From Candidatus Nanohalarchaeota archaeon QJJ-9 (lineage in GTDB: Archaea; Nanohalarchaeota; Nanosalinia; Nanosalinales; Nanoanaerosalinaceae), in contig JALIDQ010000002.1 of NCBI GenBank assembly GCA_022865275.1, positions 1 through 44,737 of the forward strand: a stretch of 44,737 nt of DNA, read 5' to 3'. Under the pieces are notes generated by a model, which was given only the letters and a program-made list of their open reading frames with translations, had not been told where the DNA came from and ran no database searches. The translations under genes and the position numbers were made by a program. This document shows, piece by piece, positions 18,548 through 27,749 of the stretch; within the stretch, counting starts at the first letter, position 1; each line of letters begins with the position of its first letter.

Positions 18548-21500
18548 CTAATCTATACAGGCCTTTCCCGACTTTCCTGATTCGCCCCACTGGTTGTATG
18601 AGGAGATTTTGTAACAAGTGTGTTTTTTCTCTGTCAAAGTCTCATCTATAAAGGTCTGGGAATAGTATTTTCCTTTCCCACTCCTGTCAGGTGTTGGAAA
18701 TGTATGCACCTTCTTCCAAGATCCTGATGCGTTGGAATAAACCTTGAAACCGGATTCGGTCTCTGACCGGTCTCTATAAGTAAGGTTGATTTCCAAGCCT
18801 GTGGAAAAAGTAAAAGTATTGGAAGTGGTATTAGTATTCCCATCTGAGGCTTTTATATACCATCTATAGGATTTGTTAGGTTTTAAGCTCTGTAACAGGT
18901 AGTTGGAAAAGGTGTTGTTTGTTACTCCGAGTTTTTGGCCTATTGCGGTTTCTGTGGTTCCGTTGAAGAACCATGTGTCGATTTTGGAACTATTATGATC
19001 TACGACTTTTGCTGAAAGAGTGACTTCTGTATCTACTGATGTGTTATTAGGTTCTGGTTCTGTTACTATGGGAGGCGGGTCTGGTTTTAGAACTTTCAGG
19101 GTTCTGTTCTCTGTCTTGCTTTGCTGTCCATCTGGCTGACGGAGTTTTATTGTCCAGTTGAAAGTTGCTGGAACTTTTTTCTCTTGAAACGTGTAGCTTA
19201 TTGTGTTTTCTGTATTGTTTTCTACTGGTGACTGGTTTACCTTCCTTTTTCTCCAAGTTTTTTCCTCCCTGACATAGGTAAGATTTATCTGGTATATTTC
19301 TGGTGTTTCTGTACCGTTTCCTTCCAAGGAAAGATTGTACTTCATATATTGGGTGTAGATACCTTCAGGAAAGCTTTCGTGATATCTCCATGTCCCTGTC
19401 GAGTTTTCCGCGTATGTTATGTTGTAGTCTGTTCCGTTCGGTGTTGAAGAATTGATTGTAGAAGAGTTCCAGAGAACTTTTTCTCCAGGATTGTAGACTT
19501 CCGACGTGTAGTTCCCCGAGTTCTTGTATTTTTGTGATTCTATAAGTTCGGCTCCCGGCTCTAGAGCTAATAGCGAGAACCCTTCATCAGTGTGTCCTCT
19601 TTCACCGTCTGTACTGTCTTCTTCTGCGTAGTAGCTAGCTGAGCTTGAGCTGTATGTCCCTGCTCCTCTTGTCCAGTATCCGTCCTGTCCAGCCCCAGTA
19701 TAGCCGTCTATGAGGACTGCAGGGTTTGTGGAATAACTATAGCTGAATGTTTCGGATGAATCTTCTACACCGTCTCCATCTCCGTCTTTTCCATGGGTTT
19801 TGACTGTGTATTTGTAATTGTTTACTGTGGAGCTCCCACCTATGTTTTCAAAAGCTATCCATCCTATATCTTCAGTTGAAGCAGAAGAACCTGAACCTCC
19901 AGCTTCCTGCTGAATTTTGAAACCTGTAGAGTTTACTTTAGGGGAAACTGTAGACATGAAGGCAGTATTTTTGTATGTGTTCAAGGTGTGAAAAAGCGCG
20001 GGCTGGCTGGAAAAGTTCTGGTTAAACTTGACGTAGTCTCCGTTAAAGCTGTTTCCCTCTCTATGTACATTGCTAGTTGTGTGAATCCCTGCTTCTACTT
20101 TTGTGCCGTCTGTAATTTTGTGTGTTCCTTCTTCCACCACTAACCAACCTACTGATTCTTTGCTATGGACCTGATTATCCGGCTCTTCTGTAAAAATTTT
20201 AAATGAGCTGTTCGTTACGTTTTTGACCCTTACATCCACCGACTCACCTCCGTTCCTTGTTGCGATGTAGGCTACTACTACTGGATTCTGATAGGTGTAT
20301 TTGAGGTCTACAGTCTTAATTACTCCGCCGTCTATAGTACTGTCTATAGTGCTGGAGAGCGAAACAACTCCTGATTCACCTATTACATTTTTCTCAAGCC
20401 CTAGCCTGTCTTTTCCTGCAGTACCTGTGTTTTTAAGCGTTCCTTCCCACCATTCGGTTTTTACATCCTTTTTCCAAGTATAAGTTATGTTTTCCGTTCT
20501 ATTAAACCAGAGCTCCGCTTTCTCACATCCTCCGGGTGTGAAGCACTTAGGAGTGTAGGAAAAACTTACAGTCTCGTTTCTAGTCTCTTTTCCGTCCTTC
20601 GGTTTTGTTGAAACTATTTTAGGTGCAGATTTTAGCTTTTGTTCCTCATCTATGTTGTAGGAAGGCTCTGGAGATGTATATCGAGTAAGCTTAAAGTTAT
20701 CGTAATGTGCATCGAAGTTCCAACCGTTAGACCTCAGCGTCACGCGGCTTAAATTCCCGTCCCCGCCTGACCAGTCTACTGTGTTATACTCCAGTGTATA
20801 CCAACTTCCATGTGAACTAATATCCGAGTGATAATGAGTGTTACCGCTCGAACTAGCTGATCCATGGCACCATGCATGCCGGATACCGCTTGTACTATAA
20901 CCAAGCCCTACAGATGCAGGAAACTCACAGCAACCGCCGTATCCACCGCATTCAAGGCCGTGGCTGTCTACTTTCACGTCCACTAAAAACCTTGTGTCAC
21001 CTATATTGGTTAAGAGATCCTGATAAACACTCATAGAACCTCCATTACCCGAACATCCTCCTCTATGGAGGTTTAAAGCACCGTTACTGACTGAAACACT
21101 TCCTGCACAGTCGTCGTTGTTGTCTACACCCCACTCTGGATTGTTCAAATCCCCGTCATTAAAATCGTCATAAACAATAAACACATCTGAAGCACTACCC
21201 GTAGACGTTGCCTCCGGATTACCGTAGTAAATATAGAAGGTTCTGGAAGAAGCAGCAGATAGATTGACATTTACCCAGACTTTAGTCGAACTGGTGTTGC
21301 ATCCAGACTCTATCCAGTAGTCCAGTTTCTTCCCTTCCGAGTCCACCAGCCTTATATCTGAGCAGTTACTTTCCATCTTTCCTGAGCTTATTAAAGAACT
21401 TGTATCGAATTTAAGCCTTACCTGATAGTTTTTGAGGTCCTCACCTGAGTTCTCAGTTATGTTAACAGGCTTCCTGTACTGCCAGGAAGTGTCAAACCAG

Positions 21501-21574
21501 GTATCGTAGGCAGAGGCAATATTTGGTAGAAGAAATGCAGATATAACTGCAACGATTAGAACCTTTGTATTCAT
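18548..21574 (-). CDS. Large secreted DUF2341-domain multi-domain protein (adhesin-like)
   Basis: Signal peptide; WQYRKPV...DIRLVD...LDYWIE...KVWV...YIYYGNP (DUF2341 pattern); Cys-rich beta domain; three ~95-aa repeats; Ig/Fn3-like C-terminus; many NxS/T sequons. Confidence 0.85.
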   Translation of the reverse strand: MNTKVLIVAVISAFLLPNIASAYDTWFDTSWQYRKPVNITENSGEDLKNYQVRLKFDTSSLISSGKMESNCSDIRLVDSEGKKLDYWIESGCNTSSTKVWVNVNLSAASSRTFYIYYGNPEATSTGSASDVFIVYDDFNDGDLNNPEWGVDNNDDCAGSVSVSNGALNLHRGGCSGNGGSMSVYQDLLTNIGDTRFLVDVKVDSHGLECGGYGGCCEFPASVGLGYSTSGIRHAWCHGSASSSGNTHYHSDISSHGSWYTLEYNTVDWSGGDGNLSRVTLRSNGWNFDAHYDNFKLTRYTSPEPSYNIDEEQKLKSAPKIVSTKPKDGKETRNETVSFSYTPKCFTPGGCEKAELWFNRTENITYTWKKDVKTEWWEGTLKNTGTAGKDRLGLEKNVIGESGVVSLSSTIDSTIDGGVIKTVDLKYTYQNPVVVAYIATRNGGESVDVRVKNVTNSSFKIFTEEPDNQVHSKESVGWLVVEEGTHKITDGTKVEAGIHTTSNVHREGNSFNGDYVKFNQNFSSQPALFHTLNTYKNTAFMSTVSPKVNSTGFKIQQEAGGSGSSASTEDIGWIAFENIGGSSTVNNYKYTVKTHGKDGDGDGVEDSSETFSYSYSTNPAVLIDGYTGAGQDGYWTRGAGTYSSSSASYYAEEDSTDGERGHTDEGFSLLALEPGAELIESQKYKNSGNYTSEVYNPGEKVLWNSSTINSSTPNGTDYNITYAENSTGTWRYHESFPEGIYTQYMKYNLSLEGNGTETPEIYQINLTYVREEKTWRKRKVNQSPVENNTENTISYTFQEKKVPATFNWTIKLRQPDGQQSKTENRTLKVLKPDPPPIVTEPEPNNTSVDTEVTLSAKVVDHNSSKIDTWFFNGTTETAIGQKLGVTNNTFSNYLLQSLKPNKSYRWYIKASDGNTNTTSNTFTFSTGLEINLTYRDRSETESGFKVYSNASGSWKKVHTFPTPDRSGKGKYYSQTFIDETLTEKKHTCYKISSYNQWGESGKSGKACID

Positions 21575-21600
21575 AATATTAGAACCTTTGTATTCATAAT
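21555..21600. repeat. Perfect tandem duplication of 23 bp (attagaacctttgtattcataat x2) spanning the start codon of the DUF2341 gene
   Basis: Copies at 21555-21577 and 21578-21600, read directly. Confidence 0.95.
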
Positions 21601-21761
21601 TTTTCTTTCTTCTCTCTATCTTTTAAATTTTTATCCATCCAAACTCTCTGTTGAATGATTTTTACGGTAGGATGGATGTTTGTTCAATTTTCTGATTCTC
21701 ATATTAGGTTGTATAATAAGACTGGCGTGTCTATCACAGTTTGATATTTTTCGTATGAGAA

Positions 21762-21806
21762 TAAATAAAAGAGAAAAAGAGAGATAGGCCGCTTTTTACA
21801 CGGTCC
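21762..21806 (-). terminator. Probable terminator after EF-1alpha
   Basis: On the minus strand a short hairpin (GACCG...CGGCC) is followed by the pyrimidine/T-rich tract CTCTCTTTTTCTCTTTTATTT right after the stop. Confidence 0.5.
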
Positions 21807-23096
21807 TTACTTTTCTTCGAGGATCTCGATACACATTCCAGCTCCAACAGTCTGTCCCATGTCTCTGATAGCGAACCTTGCGAGCTGTGGAATGTCGTCG
21901 TTCTCCTCGATTACAAGAGGCGACTTAGGCTTCAGCTTGACGATCGCTGACTCGCCTTCCTTCACGTAGTCAGGATCCTCGTCCTTTGTCTCTCCTGACT
22001 TTGGATCCATCGTCTTGACCACGTCAGTAAACTGACACGCTACCTGAGCGGTGTTAACGTGGAATACAGGTGTGTAACCTTCAGTAACCACGTTCGGATG
22101 GTTCAAGACAATGATCTGAGCCTGGAACTCGTCTACTACTGTTGGAGGATTGTTGGAATGTCCTGCAACGTCACCACGTTTTACGTCGTCCTTTCCAACT
22201 CCTCTTACGTTGAAACCAACGTTGTCTCCTGGCTCTGCTTCCTCAACTTCCTCGTGATGCATCTCGATGGACTTGACTTCTCCACCGATCTCTTCGTTAA
22301 GCCTTGTAGAAGCAGGCTCGAAGACTACATTGCCGCCCGTCTGTAGCTTTCCTGTCTCAACTCTTCCTACAGGTACAGTACCTACACCCTTGATCTTGTA
22401 GGCGTCCTGGATAGGAACTCTGAGTGGAAGATCAACAGGCTTTGTCGGCTCTTCAAGGTTGTCGAGTGCTTCATGAACTGTAGGACCGTCGTACCAGTCC
22501 ATATTGTCCGATTCCTCTGCTACATTGTCTCCTTCGTACGCAGAAATTGGAATGAACTTAATATCGTCGGCTGGGAATCCTACACCCTTCAGAAGCTTCT
22601 TGGTGTCCTCTTTTACCTCTTCAAAACGATCTTCAGACCAGTCCTGGGTGTCCATCTTGTTGACCGCGACCATAAGCTGGTCGATACCCAGAGTCTTCGC
22701 AAGATACGAGTGCTCCTTGGTCTGAGGCTGTACACTGTCATCCGCCGCAACAACTAGAATTCCAGCATCAGCCTGTGAAGCTCCAGTAATCATGTTCTTG
22801 ATAAAGTCACGATGTCCTGGAGCGTCGATCATAGTAAACTCGTAGTTACTCGTATCGAACTTCTGATGTCGAAGATCGATTGTGACACCTCGCTCACGCT
22901 CTTCTTCCAGATTGTCCATCGCGAATGCGAATTCGAAAGTCTCTTTTCCTTGTTCCTCAGCTTTTTCCTCTAACTTCCTCATTTCCGATTCAGGCAGGTT
23001 TTCAGTATCCCACAGAAGCCTACCGATCATAGTGGACTTTCCGTGGTCAACGTGCCCGATTGTTACAAGATTAATGTGTGGTTTTTCATGTGCCAT
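21807..23096 (-). CDS. tuf: Translation elongation factor EF-1alpha
   Basis: [47 protein letters not shown]. Confidence 0.99.
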   Translation of the reverse strand: MAHEKPHINLVTIGHVDHGKSTMIGRLLWDTENLPESEMRKLEEKAEEQGKETFEFAFAMDNLEEERERGVTIDLRHQKFDTSNYEFTMIDAPGHRDFIKNMITGASQADAGILVVAADDSVQPQTKEHSYLAKTLGIDQLMVAVNKMDTQDWSEDRFEEVKEDTKKLLKGVGFPADDIKFIPISAYEGDNVAEESDNMDWYDGPTVHEALDNLEEPTKPVDLPLRVPIQDAYKIKGVGTVPVGRVETGKLQTGGNVVFEPASTRLNEEIGGEVKSIEMHHEEVEEAEPGDNVGFNVRGVGKDDVKRGDVAGHSNNPPTVVDEFQAQIIVLNHPNVVTEGYTPVFHVNTAQVACQFTDVVKTMDPKSGETKDEDPDYVKEGESAIVKLKPKSPLVIEENDDIPQLARFAIRDMGQTVGAGMCIEILEEK

Positions 23097-23193
23097 TTTA
23101 TTTCACCTTGATCTATACAGCGAAATATTCTCTATAAACTTTAAAAAGGGTGTGGTATATGGAGGAAAGAAAGATAGGGAGAGAGGAAAAAAA

Positions 23194-25386
23194 CTACTCC
23201 TCTATGTCCTCTCCAGGAATAGCCTCCTTCATACCCTTCCTCTTACGTATCTCCAGAATAGTCTCGTTTTGGAGATTTCCGGGCATAGGCTCGAATACCT
23301 GGTTCATCAGGTTGTGGTAGCCCTTTCCAGCGGTAGCAGACTTGAGATCGGCTTCAAAGCCAAACATCTCCGCGACAGGCAGCTTGGACTTAATCTTAGT
23401 CTGCCTATCACCTTCTTCCATATCAAGAACTTCTCCCCGCCTATTATTGACCTCGTTCATAGCCGATCCCATCTTGTCAGGCGGAGTACTGATCTGGATA
23501 ATCTGCTTCGGCTCCAACAGAGTAGCGTCCGCATCGATCATTCCTCGCGTGATAGCCTCTCTTACTGCGGGAATGACCTGTGCCGGTCCTCTATGTGCGG
23601 GATCTTCGTGTATATCCGCGTCGTGAAGCCTTACCATCAATTTTGCGGTAGGCTCGTTTGCAAGAGGCCCTTCGTCACATATATTCTGGAAAGCGTTCAC
23701 TATAAGCTCCATGATCTCGTTCAGATGCTTTACTCCCCGTGTATCATCGACAAACAGGTTGCCTTGGTATACGTTGTGGACGTTCTGCGCTGTCTCCTTA
23801 TCTACGCCCGCTTCAGTTAACTCTTCCTTGACCTCCTGTTCATCCTTATCCCTCACTTTTCCAGTAGGAACTTCTCCGGACATAATCTTGTCGTAAGCCT
23901 CTTCTGAAACAGTTTCTACAGAAAGCCAGAACTTGTTATGACGGTTAGGTGACTTACCCATAAACTCTTCTGACTCCCCTCTTATAGATTCACGGTAGAC
24001 TACGATAGGCTCAGAGACCTGTATATCGATTCCCTGTTCCTGAAGATACCTTTCAACCTTCGCTTCGATATGGAGCTCTCCAAGTCCTGATACGAGAGTC
24101 TCTCCAGTCTCCTCGTCGATAGATACCTTGATAGTATTGTCCTCCTTTGCCCTATCACGCAACGCCTCGATAAGGTCAGGAAGGTCAGAAGTTTTCTTCG
24201 GTTCAATAGACTTGGTTACAACCGGCTCGAAGACGTGTTCAATCTTCTCAAACGGTTCTATCCTTGTCTCAGTCCCGACTATGGTCTCTCCAGTATTGTA
24301 ATCCACACCTGTAAGCGCGGCGATGTTTCCTGCTGGTACCTCATCTATAGGAAGTTTTCTAGGACCCGAATAAATTCCTACCTTCTGTGCTCTCTGCGTC
24401 GACTTGCTTCCTATCCCATAGATTTCCTGTCCCTCGTCTATCTGCCCGGAGAACATCCTTACTGTACAGATAGTTCCAGCATGCTTATCGCTCTCCACAT
24501 TAGTCACGACTCCTGCAAACTCTCCCTCGTGTTTACAGTTTTCCATCGACCGTCCTATATCCGAGTCAACATCCCCGTTCCATATAGACGGTATACGGTA
24601 GTCCTGAGCTTTTTGAGGGTTGGGTAGATGGTTTACAACCATGTCCAGCACTACTTCGTGCAGAGGAGCTTTCTCCCCTAACTCCTCATTCCTATCATCG
24701 CTTACATGGTCGACTATATCCTGAAAGGTTATGCCTGTCTCCTCCATGAACGGCTTGCTTATAGCCCAGTTGAGCAAAGCAGAACCAAAAGCAACAGTTC
24801 CATCGTTTACTGAAACAGTCCAGTCCTTATCTATCTCCTCAGGCATCATATCCTTTATAAGACCGTTTACCTCTGCTATAATCTCCTGGAACCTCTGCTG
24901 CATTTCCTTATCGGTCAGCTGGAGCTCGGTTATAAGCCGGTCGACCTTGTTTATGAACAGTATAGGCTTAACCCTTTCCTTCAAAGCCTGTCTTAATACA
25001 GTTTCAGTCTGCGGCATAACACCGTCAACTGCATCTACTACGACTAGCGCACCGTCCACAGCACGCATAGCTCTTGTAACATCTCCTCCGAAGTCAACGT
25101 GTCCTGGTGTATCGATAAGGTTAATTAGGACTTCATCTCCCTCGTATTCGTGGACCATAGAAACGTTCGCAGAATATATAGTTATCCCACGCTCCTGCTC
25201 CTGGTCATCATAGTCCATGAAAAGCTGCTCTCCAGCCAGCTGATCTGAAATCATTCCTGCTCTAGCCAGAAGGTTGTCTGTTAGTGTTGTCTTTCCGTGG
25301 TCGATATGTGCGACTATTCCAATGTTTCTTATCTGTTCTGGAGTACCGATCATCTCTTTTATTTCCTGAATCTCATCGTCTGACAT
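23194..25386 (-). CDS. fusA: Translation elongation factor EF-2
   Basis: AHIDHGKTT, RGITI, DTPGH, NKVD, diphthamide loop HEDPAHRGPAQVIPA. Confidence 0.99.
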   Translation of the reverse strand: MSDDEIQEIKEMIGTPEQIRNIGIVAHIDHGKTTLTDNLLARAGMISDQLAGEQLFMDYDDQEQERGITIYSANVSMVHEYEGDEVLINLIDTPGHVDFGGDVTRAMRAVDGALVVVDAVDGVMPQTETVLRQALKERVKPILFINKVDRLITELQLTDKEMQQRFQEIIAEVNGLIKDMMPEEIDKDWTVSVNDGTVAFGSALLNWAISKPFMEETGITFQDIVDHVSDDRNEELGEKAPLHEVVLDMVVNHLPNPQKAQDYRIPSIWNGDVDSDIGRSMENCKHEGEFAGVVTNVESDKHAGTICTVRMFSGQIDEGQEIYGIGSKSTQRAQKVGIYSGPRKLPIDEVPAGNIAALTGVDYNTGETIVGTETRIEPFEKIEHVFEPVVTKSIEPKKTSDLPDLIEALRDRAKEDNTIKVSIDEETGETLVSGLGELHIEAKVERYLQEQGIDIQVSEPIVVYRESIRGESEEFMGKSPNRHNKFWLSVETVSEEAYDKIMSGEVPTGKVRDKDEQEVKEELTEAGVDKETAQNVHNVYQGNLFVDDTRGVKHLNEIMELIVNAFQNICDEGPLANEPTAKLMVRLHDADIHEDPAHRGPAQVIPAVREAITRGMIDADATLLEPKQIIQISTPPDKMGSAMNEVNNRRGEVLDMEEGDRQTKIKSKLPVAEMFGFEADLKSATAGKGYHNLMNQVFEPMPGNLQNETILEIRKRKGMKEAIPGEDIEE

Positions 25387-25492
25387 AAGAATACACCTTT
25401 ATTTGCGTTAATTAGTACTAAAGAGAACTGTCAATATAACCTTTATAAATGTAAATCGGGCTGTAGAGAAAAAAGGAGAAAGAGAGAAAAGG

Positions 25493-26758
25493 CTATAGAT
25501 TGCCTCTAGCCTTCTCCGCCTCCATAATCCTCTCGATAGCCAGGATGTACGAGGCTTCTCTCATCGAAACCTCTTCTTCCTCCTGTACCTCTTTGACTTC
25601 TTTATAAGCGCTGACCATATAGTCTTCCAACTTTTCTCTGACCTTTTCCTCACTCCAATACTCGTTTGAGAGGTTCTGCAGCCACTCGAAGTAGCTTGTG
25701 GTTACTCCACCAGCGTTAGCCAGGATGTCAGGAACTATTGGAATTCCCTGCTCCTTGAGGAACTCGTCAGCCTCCGCACTAGTAGGTCCGTTCGCCATCT
25801 CGATTATCGCTGAAGCCTGTATCTGCTCCATGTTTTCTTCGGTTATCTGATCCTCTATCGCTGCGGGCATCAGAATGTCGACATCCATGGTCAGAATATC
25901 ATGATTGCTTATCTTCTCTCCTTCACCAAGCTTCTTGTAGTCTCCTGGACTTTCATATTCTTCGAATAGCTTCTGTACGTCTATCCCGTTTTTATCCTGC
26001 CATCCTCCTGAGGAATCGCTTATCGCAACCACTTTGTAGCCTTTCTTATCCAGGAATCTAGCTAGATTTGAGCCAACGTTTCCAAAGCCCTGTATAGCTA
26101 TGGTTGTCTCCTCTTTCTTCCAGCCCCGGTCATCTACAAACTGGTCGACTATATGGGAGCCTCCAAGACCTGTGGCGTAACTTCTAGCCTTGCTTCCACC
26201 GAATTCTACAGGTTTTCCTGTAATAACTCCTGGAGCGTGTTCTCCCTCAACCTGCTCGTACTCATCACGCATCCATCCCATTATCTTCGCGTTGGTATTC
26301 ATGTCAGGAGCTGGAACGTCTTTCTCTGGTCCGATAAATTCGCTGTAAGCTCTCGCATATGCGCGACTAAGCCTTTCCTTCTCCTGTTCCGATAACTCTC
26401 TCGGGTCTACTTTCACACCACCCTTAGCTCCTCCGTACGGTATGTCAGCTACCGCGCACTTTAGAGCCATCAGGAACGATAGCTCCTGAACTTCCTCACG
26501 GTTAACCTTTGGATGGAATCTTATACCTCCTTTTGTAGGCCCTCTAGCATCGTTGTACTGCATCCTGAAGGAGGGAAAGATTTCGACAGCTCCATCGTCC
26601 ATCTTTACTGGGAGGCTAACATTAAGCGACTTCTTAGGTCTCTTGAGAAGTTCTATTCCTTTCTTATCCACCCTTTCAGATTCTTTTACTTTTTCGAGGA
26701 GGTTTTCGCATACACCGCAGACCGTTTCTCTATCATTGTTTCCGAGATCATCAGACAT
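25493..26758 (-). CDS. gdhA: Glu/Leu/Phe/Val dehydrogenase (glutamate dehydrogenase)
   Basis: GPTKGGIRFHP, LKCA, GGAKGG, DVPAPD, QGFGNVG, EMANGP, PDILANAGGV; start set at ATG 26758 behind an SD-like AGGTG. Confidence 0.95.
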   Translation of the reverse strand: MSDDLGNNDRETVCGVCENLLEKVKESERVDKKGIELLKRPKKSLNVSLPVKMDDGAVEIFPSFRMQYNDARGPTKGGIRFHPKVNREEVQELSFLMALKCAVADIPYGGAKGGVKVDPRELSEQEKERLSRAYARAYSEFIGPEKDVPAPDMNTNAKIMGWMRDEYEQVEGEHAPGVITGKPVEFGGSKARSYATGLGGSHIVDQFVDDRGWKKEETTIAIQGFGNVGSNLARFLDKKGYKVVAISDSSGGWQDKNGIDVQKLFEEYESPGDYKKLGEGEKISNHDILTMDVDILMPAAIEDQITEENMEQIQASAIIEMANGPTSAEADEFLKEQGIPIVPDILANAGGVTTSYFEWLQNLSNEYWSEEKVREKLEDYMVSAYKEVKEVQEEEEVSMREASYILAIERIMEAEKARGNL

Positions 26759-26816
26759 TTTGAACACCTTCCTTTTCCATGGGCAGTTAACCTATTTAAT
26801 TTTTGTGACTTCCAAC

Positions 26817-26930
26817 CTACTCATTGTCCTCGCCGAACCCGCCTTCTTCCCGCTGTATGCCTTGGTAGTATTCTTCTATCACTCCGAGTATAGAATCGGC
26901 AGGGTCCTCCTCTTGTCTGGGTCTTTCCAT
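26817..26930 (-). CDS. Putative 37-aa acidic small protein (not in the ORF track)
   Basis: MERPRQEEDPADSILGVIEEYYQGIQREEGGFGEDNE*; purine-rich codons like the neighbouring genes; AT-rich box about 25 nt upstream. Confidence 0.5.
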   Translation of the reverse strand: MERPRQEEDPADSILGVIEEYYQGIQREEGGFGEDNE

Positions 26931-26967
26931 AGAAAATGATTGGATTCTAATATTATCAGTTTTTCCC

Positions 26968-27222
26968 TTAAAGATGTTCAGCCAAGAAAACTCTAGTTCT
27001 CTGCCCTAACTGTAAAGCTGCACCAATCGCAGGCTTTAGGGCGCCTTTTAGAATCCATCCCCCTACAAAGCTTACGATAAGACCGGCTGTAGTGTAAAAA
27101 AAGGATCCAGCAACTTTTAAAGTGTAATAAATTCCTCCTAGGAGCATTAGCGCAGCTATAGCGGATGCGGCAAGCGTAGCCACCTTACGGAACAGGGAAA
27201 CCGCTTCCTGGTTAGCGTCCAT
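26968..27222 (-). CDS. Small membrane protein (2 TM)
   Basis: Two hydrophobic segments; TATA-like TTTAAATA about 30 nt upstream. Confidence 0.65.
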   Translation of the reverse strand: MDANQEAVSLFRKVATLAASAIAALMLLGGIYYTLKVAGSFFYTTAGLIVSFVGGWILKGALKPAIGAALQLGQRTRVFLAEHL

Positions 27223-27294
27223 CTTAAAACCTGTTTATAGCTGGTACCTATTTAAAGGTTTCTTCACTTCTGAGAATTTTAAGAGCATTATCCC

Positions 27295-27708
27295 CTATTC
27301 TTTGTAAGAATAATCCCTAGTTACAGGCTTGTTCCTCTCTTTGAAAGCAGCCCAACGCTTTTCTATGAGGTTGAAGCATTTCTTGATTCTATCATAACCT
27401 TTTTGGGAGTCTTCCTTGAAGAAAATCCTTAGTTTTTTTGTTTTCTCCCCTTTCTCCAGCTTGAGAAGTATATGTGGATAGCTTAGAAAATCGCACTTTT
27501 TTTCTATGCTATTAATCTCTCTGAAGAAGACTTTTCCAGCAAGTATCTCCTCCTCACCAACCATTGAGGCGATTTTATCCCAGTCATCCTTTCCCTTAAG
27601 CTTTTCTCTTTTAATAGCTATCTCTGAGACTTTTACATCGCCTAGAACGGATTTGAATGTCTTATTGTTCCTTAAGCCCATGCTTACAGATCTGTCCCTG
27701 TAGGTCAT
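27295..27708 (-). CDS. Hypothetical basic protein (137 aa)
   Basis: ATG-started ORF filling the gap after asnS; no motif recognised. Confidence 0.7.
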   Translation of the reverse strand: MTYRDRSVSMGLRNNKTFKSVLGDVKVSEIAIKREKLKGKDDWDKIASMVGEEEILAGKVFFREINSIEKKCDFLSYPHILLKLEKGEKTKKLRIFFKEDSQKGYDRIKKCFNLIEKRWAAFKERNKPVTRDYSYKE

Positions 27709-27749
27709 ACAGTAAAAAAATTAGAAAGAGGGGGTTAAAACTTTAACCC

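Noticed and set aside
21555-21600. 23-bp repeat as a CRISPR remnant
   Set aside because: Two copies with no spacer and no cas genes in the window.
22882-23820. 312-aa plus-strand ORF spanning tuf and fusA
   Set aside because: Antisense to two highly conserved genes, with atypical composition.
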